Part shown: positions 60,055 to 64,000 of the stretch, piece by piece
Layout of the letters: each line of letters begins with the position of its first letter
How positions within the stretch are numbered: the first letter of the stretch is position 1
Source of the DNA: an uncultured Chloroflexia bacterium
Lineage (GTDB): Bacteria > Chloroflexota > Limnocylindria > Limnocylindrales > CSP1-4
NCBI GenBank assembly: GCA_963720825.1
Contig: CAVRGY010000005.1
Location: 1,200-65,199 of the forward strand
Reading direction: 5' to 3'
Length of the DNA: 64,000 bases
The notes under the pieces: generated by a model
Told to the model about the DNA's origin: nothing
The model's input: the letters and a program-made list of their open reading frames with translations, nothing else
Databases searched by the model: none
Translations under genes and position numbers: made by a program

Positions 60055-61677
60055 ATGGCAACGACGACCCTCAACCCCGCCGCTCCCGCCTATCGAAGCG
60101 GCCTGTACGCATGGCTCACGACCACCGATCACAAGAAGATCGGGATCATGTACCTGGTCAACTCGATCCTGTTCTTCCTGGCCGGTGGGATCCTCGCCCT
60201 CGTCGTCCGGCTCGAGCTTGCCCAGCCCGGGATGCAGCTCGTGAGCGAATCGTTCTACAACCAGGCGTTCACGATGCACGCCTCGTTCATGCTGTTCCTG
60301 TTCATCATCCCGATCCTGGCGGGGTTCGGGAACTACGCCGTCCCGCTCCAGATCGGGGCGCCGGACATGGCGTTCCCGCGGATCAACGCGCTGTCGTTCT
60401 GGCTGCTGCCGCTGGGTGGCGCCCTGATGGCCTCGGGCTTCCTGGCCTCGGGCGGCGCGGCGGCCTCCGGCTGGACCGAGTACCCGCCGCTGTCGGGCGC
60501 AAAGTTCAACGGCGCGGGCACGGACCTGTGGATCGTCGGGCTGACCCTGATCGGGACCAGCTCGATCCTGGGCGCGGTCAACTTCCTGGTCACGATCTTC
60601 AAGATGCGGGCGCCGGGCATGACCCTGTTCCGGATGCCGATCCTGGTGTGGACGGTGCTCGTCACCAGCGTGCTCGTCCTGATGGCGACGCCGGTGCTCA
60701 CCAGCGCGCTGATCATGCTGTTCATCGACCGCAACTACGGCGGCAACTTCTTCGATCCGGCGAACGGCGGCCAGGCGGTCCTGTACCAGAACGTGTTCTG
60801 GTTCTACTCGCACCCGGCGGTCTACATCATGATCCTGCCCGCGATGGGCATCGTGTCCGAGGTACTGCCCGTCTTCTCGCGCAAGCCGCTGTTCGGCTAC
60901 AAGGCGTTCGTGTTCGCGACGGTCGGCATCGGCGCCCTCGGCTTCTCCGTGTGGGCCCACCACATGTTCACGACCGGGTCCGTGTTCCTGCCGTTCTTCA
61001 GCCTGATGACGTTCCTGATCGCCGTCCCCACGGGCGTCAAGATGTTCAACTGGATCGCGACCCTGTGGCGGGGCAAGCTCACCTTTGCGACCCCGCTCCT
61101 GTTCGCGATCGGCTTCCTGACGCTGTTCCTGATCGGTGGCCTCAACGGGGCGTTCTCGGCCGCGGTACCGGTGGACTTTGCGCTCCACGACACCTACTGG
61201 GTGGTCGCGCACCTGCACTACGTCCTGTTCGGCGGCTCGGTGTTCGGCGTGTTCGCCGGCATCTACTACTGGTTCCCCAAGATGACCGGCCGGATGCTCG
61301 ACGAGACGCTGGGCAAGATCCAGTTCGTGCTCATGTTCGTCGGCTTCAACCTGACGTTCTTCCCGATGCACCAGCTGGGCCTGGCCGGCATGCCCCGGCG
61401 GATCGCCGACTACGCGGCCAACGCGGGCTGGAGCGAGCTCAACCTCGTGGCGACCATCGGCGGGTTCGTGATCGCCACCAGCATGCTGCCGTTCTTCTGG
61501 AACGTGCTGGTGTCGCTGCGCAGCGGCAAGATCGCCGGCGACGACCCGTGGGGGGCGAACACGCTGGAATGGGCGACCTCGTCGCCGCCGCCCCCGTACA
61601 ACTTCGACCACCTGCCGGAGATCCGCTCGGAGCGCCCGGTGTTCGATGCCCGGCACGGCCGGGTCGCGGATCACTGA
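60055..61677 (+). CDS. ctaD: cytochrome c oxidase subunit I
   Basis: 540 aa with TTDHKKIGIMYL, WFYSHPAVYIMILP and HHMFT, the haem-copper oxidase signatures. Confidence 0.97.
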   Translation: MATTTLNPAAPAYRSGLYAWLTTTDHKKIGIMYLVNSILFFLAGGILALVVRLELAQPGMQLVSESFYNQAFTMHASFMLFLFIIPILAGFGNYAVPLQIGAPDMAFPRINALSFWLLPLGGALMASGFLASGGAAASGWTEYPPLSGAKFNGAGTDLWIVGLTLIGTSSILGAVNFLVTIFKMRAPGMTLFRMPILVWTVLVTSVLVLMATPVLTSALIMLFIDRNYGGNFFDPANGGQAVLYQNVFWFYSHPAVYIMILPAMGIVSEVLPVFSRKPLFGYKAFVFATVGIGALGFSVWAHHMFTTGSVFLPFFSLMTFLIAVPTGVKMFNWIATLWRGKLTFATPLLFAIGFLTLFLIGGLNGAFSAAVPVDFALHDTYWVVAHLHYVLFGGSVFGVFAGIYYWFPKMTGRMLDETLGKIQFVLMFVGFNLTFFPMHQLGLAGMPRRIADYAANAGWSELNLVATIGGFVIATSMLPFFWNVLVSLRSGKIAGDDPWGANTLEWATSSPPPPYNFDHLPEIRSERPVFDARHGRVADH

Positions 61678-61690
61678 GGAGGGCGAGACG

Positions 61691-62356
61691 ATGACCGCAG
61701 ACGCGCAGGTGATCACCACCTCCGACCACGCCCCGGCCGACGCCCACGGGTCCGGCGGGATCGGCATCCCGGTCCTGGGGATGCTCCTGTTCATCACCTC
61801 CGAGGTGATGTTCTTCGCCGGGCTGTTCGCCGCCTACTTCAGCATCCGGGCGAGCTTCATCGACACCGACGGGATCCACCGCTGGCCGCCCAGCGAGTTC
61901 GCCGGGATCCTCAACCCGTTCCGCCTGACCACGGAGCACGGCGATCTCAACCTGATCCTGCCGGCGACCCTGATCCTGATCACCTCCTCGTTCACCTGCC
62001 AGATGGGCCTGTGGGCGATCGGGCGCGACGACCGCCGGGGCTTCATCCGCAATTTCGCCGCCACGGTGATCCTGGGCGCGACCTTCCTGCTGCTCCAGGC
62101 CTACGACTACGGCGTCCTGTTCCACGAGGGCATGACGATGGGCTCGGGCACGTTCGGCACCACGTACTTCACGCTCACCGGCTTCCACGGCGCCCACGTG
62201 TTCGGCGGCGTGCTGATGCTGTCGGTGGTGCTCTACCGGGGTATGGCCGGGCAGTTCTCGGCCCGCCACCACGACATGGTCGAGGCGACGTCGATCTACT
62301 GGCATTTCGTCGACGTCGTCTGGATCCTGCTGTTCTCGACCCTGTACCTGCTGTAG
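61691..62356 (+). CDS. ctaE: cytochrome c oxidase subunit III
   Basis: Reads LFITSEVMFFAGLFAAYF ... TGFHGAHVFGG ... YWHFVDVVWILLF. Confidence 0.92.
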   Translation: MTADAQVITTSDHAPADAHGSGGIGIPVLGMLLFITSEVMFFAGLFAAYFSIRASFIDTDGIHRWPPSEFAGILNPFRLTTEHGDLNLILPATLILITSSFTCQMGLWAIGRDDRRGFIRNFAATVILGATFLLLQAYDYGVLFHEGMTMGSGTFGTTYFTLTGFHGAHVFGGVLMLSVVLYRGMAGQFSARHHDMVEATSIYWHFVDVVWILLFSTLYLL

Positions 62357-62375
62357 CCGCGACGGAGAAGGACTC

Positions 62376-62561
62376 ATGAAACCCCGCCGCGCCGCCGCCG
62401 TCGGTATCCTGTTCCTGGCGATCGCCGTCTTCTACTGGGTGTTCCCGACGATCGTCGAGCCGGATCGCGTCGACTACGCCGGGCTCACGATGCTGATCGC
62501 CCTGGGCGCCGCGATGTCGATCATGGCGTATGTCCTGTTCGCCGGGTTGAAGCGGAGCTGA
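62376..62561 (+). CDS. small two-TM protein in the subunit IV position of the oxidase operon
   Basis: 61 aa with two hydrophobic helices. It lies 19 nt after ctaE. The assignment rests on position only. Confidence 0.5.
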   Translation: MKPRRAAAVGILFLAIAVFYWVFPTIVEPDRVDYAGLTMLIALGAAMSIMAYVLFAGLKRS

Positions 62562-62571
62562 CGCACAACCG

Positions 62572-63681
62572 ATGCTCGAGGAACTCTGGAACGGCCTGAT
62601 CGAGTTCACGCAGCCGTTCGTGGTCCCCGACTGGGGCTCGCTGATCCAGCTGCTGCCGGTGTTCCTCGCCGGGTTCGTGGCCCTGTACGTCACCTGGACC
62701 GCCTATCGCTTCGCGACCGCGGCGCCGACCCGTCGCGGGATCCGGCGCGTTGCGCCGGTCGCGCCGGAGGGCGTCCACATGCCGGGCCCGACGTTCGCGC
62801 CCCCGCTCGCGGCGTTCGGCGTGTTCATGCTCATGTTCGGGCTGTTCGCAGGCGGGATCTGGCTCGCGGTCGGTGTGCTGATCCTCGCGATCACGCTTCT
62901 CTACTGGGGTCGCGAGGCGCTCCGCGACTACGACCACGTCGCATCGGCGCCAACCGCGCACGCCGCGATCGGCGCCCTTCCGGTGCCCTCGGATGGCGTG
63001 CCGCCCGCCGGGGTCCACATGCCGCCGCCGTCCTTCCGGCCGCTCCTGCTCGCGATCTCGATGACGATCCTGGTCGGCGGGATGGTCGTCGGCGGGTGGG
63101 CGCTCCTGGCCGGGATCGTCGCGCTGGCGCTGACCCTGCTCGGCTGGCTGCGCGACGCGCGCCGCGAGTACGTCGCCGTCGAGACTGCCGACCGGACGGG
63201 CCACCTCGACCTCGGTGGGGCACCCACCTGGCCGAAGGCAACGTTCTCCGCCCTCGCGCTGATCGTCGCCGGCGGCCTGTTGCTGAGCTCCGGCGTGCTC
63301 CCCAACTCGAACCCGGGCGTCGCCGCCAGCGGGGCGCCGCCGGCCGGCGGCGGCGGAGGCGGCGCGGGCGCGTCGGCCGCACCTGCGGGCCCGAGCCTGC
63401 CCGCCGCGGACGCGTCCATCGGGGCACAGGGCATCGCCTATGACGCGAGCACGCTGACCGTCCCGGCCGGCAAGCCGTTCACACTCGCCTTCGACAACCG
63501 CGACGCGGGCATCCCGCACAACGTCGCGATCCACGACGGCTCGGGCGCGGAGCTGTTCAAGGGCGAGATCATCACCGGTCCCAAGGTCATCGTGTACCAG
63601 GTCCCGGCCCTGCCGGCGGGCACGTACACGTTCGTCTGCTCGGTGCACCCGAACATGACCGGGACCGTCACGGCCCAGTAG
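62572..63681 (+). CDS. membrane protein with two tandem Cox4/CtaF-like repeats and a C-terminal cupredoxin domain
   Basis: The repeats are GVHMPGPTFAPPLAAFG..(2 TM)..YWGREALRDY and GVHMPPPSFRPLLLAIS..(2 TM)..GWLRDARREY. A Gly/Ala/Pro linker follows, then IPHNVAI...FVCSVHPNMTG. This domain is clearly paralogous to the ctaC C-terminal domain. Confidence 0.7.
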   Translation: MLEELWNGLIEFTQPFVVPDWGSLIQLLPVFLAGFVALYVTWTAYRFATAAPTRRGIRRVAPVAPEGVHMPGPTFAPPLAAFGVFMLMFGLFAGGIWLAVGVLILAITLLYWGREALRDYDHVASAPTAHAAIGALPVPSDGVPPAGVHMPPPSFRPLLLAISMTILVGGMVVGGWALLAGIVALALTLLGWLRDARREYVAVETADRTGHLDLGGAPTWPKATFSALALIVAGGLLLSSGVLPNSNPGVAASGAPPAGGGGGGAGASAAPAGPSLPAADASIGAQGIAYDASTLTVPAGKPFTLAFDNRDAGIPHNVAIHDGSGAELFKGEIITGPKVIVYQVPALPAGTYTFVCSVHPNMTGTVTAQ

Positions 63682-63736
63682 GCCCACCACGTCCCGGGCA
63701 ACCACCCCTCGAACCCTCACCGCCGGTCTCGCGGTC

Positions 63737-64000
63737 ATGCTGCTCGTGGTCGCGGCGTGCGGCGGTGGCTCCAGCGGGGCGGCGACGGGCGACCCGGCAC
63801 CGCAGGTGACCGGCACCGCGCTTGACGGCACGCACGTCGACCTGGCCTCGTACCGGGGCCGGCCGGTGATCGTGAACTTCTGGGCGTCATGGTGCACGCC
63901 CTGCCGAGAGGAGTTCCCGCTGTTCAAGGAGCGCCTCGACGCCCTCGGCCCGACGGACGGGCTGGCGATCATCGGGGTGATGTACAAGGACCAGGCCGAC
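63737..64000 (+). CDS. TlpA/ResA-like thiol:disulfide oxidoreductase lipoprotein (3' end off window; 5' end uncertain)
   Basis: Reads MLLVVAACGGG...RPVIVNFWASWCTPCREEFP (WCxxC). The only canonical start leaves a signal peptide with no charged n-region. Confidence 0.8.
   Translation, partial: MLLVVAACGGGSSGAATGDPAPQVTGTALDGTHVDLASYRGRPVIVNFWASWCTPCREEFPLFKERLDALGPTDGLAIIGVMYKDQAD

Overview
This is a very GC-rich bacterial chromosomal segment that looks Actinomycetota- or Chloroflexota-like. I did not compute GC content and ran no database searches, so all calls come from reading the ORF track and the DNA. There are no rRNA or tRNA genes, CRISPR arrays, or recognisable mobile elements.

Gene content from left to right:
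- A translationally coupled ilvB-ilvN-ilvC-leuA-leuB operon on the minus strand.
- A decayed HTH/nuclease-like gene, then leuCD, a lipoprotein, a MarP-like CvpA-protease and ilvD.
- A block of three heavily degraded genes (LLM oxidoreductase, two-domain GNAT, DHOD-like), then asparaginase and an M20 peptidase.
- A MarR / fabD / two KAS-II genes / thioesterase cluster.
- A CopA P-type ATPase carrying a C-terminal cupredoxin domain.
- A dapB-dapA-dapD-lysA operon in which every gene is frame-broken.
- ogt and an MFS-cNMP fusion.
- A korAB (2-oxoglutarate:ferredoxin oxidoreductase) operon bracketed by CBS-domain proteins.
- Aldolase and D-Thr-aldolase-like genes, then a receiver / GAF / GAF-histidine-kinase set.
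- Proline dehydrogenase and proC, ferredoxin, and a YHS / methyltransferase / cupredoxin-lipoprotein string.
- A ctaG / ctaC-ctaD-ctaE-ctaF oxidase locus followed by TlpA.

Most notable observations:
1. Two unannotated paralogous 32-aa hydrophobic microproteins both end in GAKRW.
2. Four cupredoxin domains occur in the window. Three are fused to unusual partners: oxidase subunit II, a tandem Cox4-like membrane protein, and CopA.
3. There is a strikingly non-random set of frameshifts, one in-frame TAG, and short perfect tandem duplications. These are either real gene decay or local assembly error, and I cannot tell which from sequence alone.
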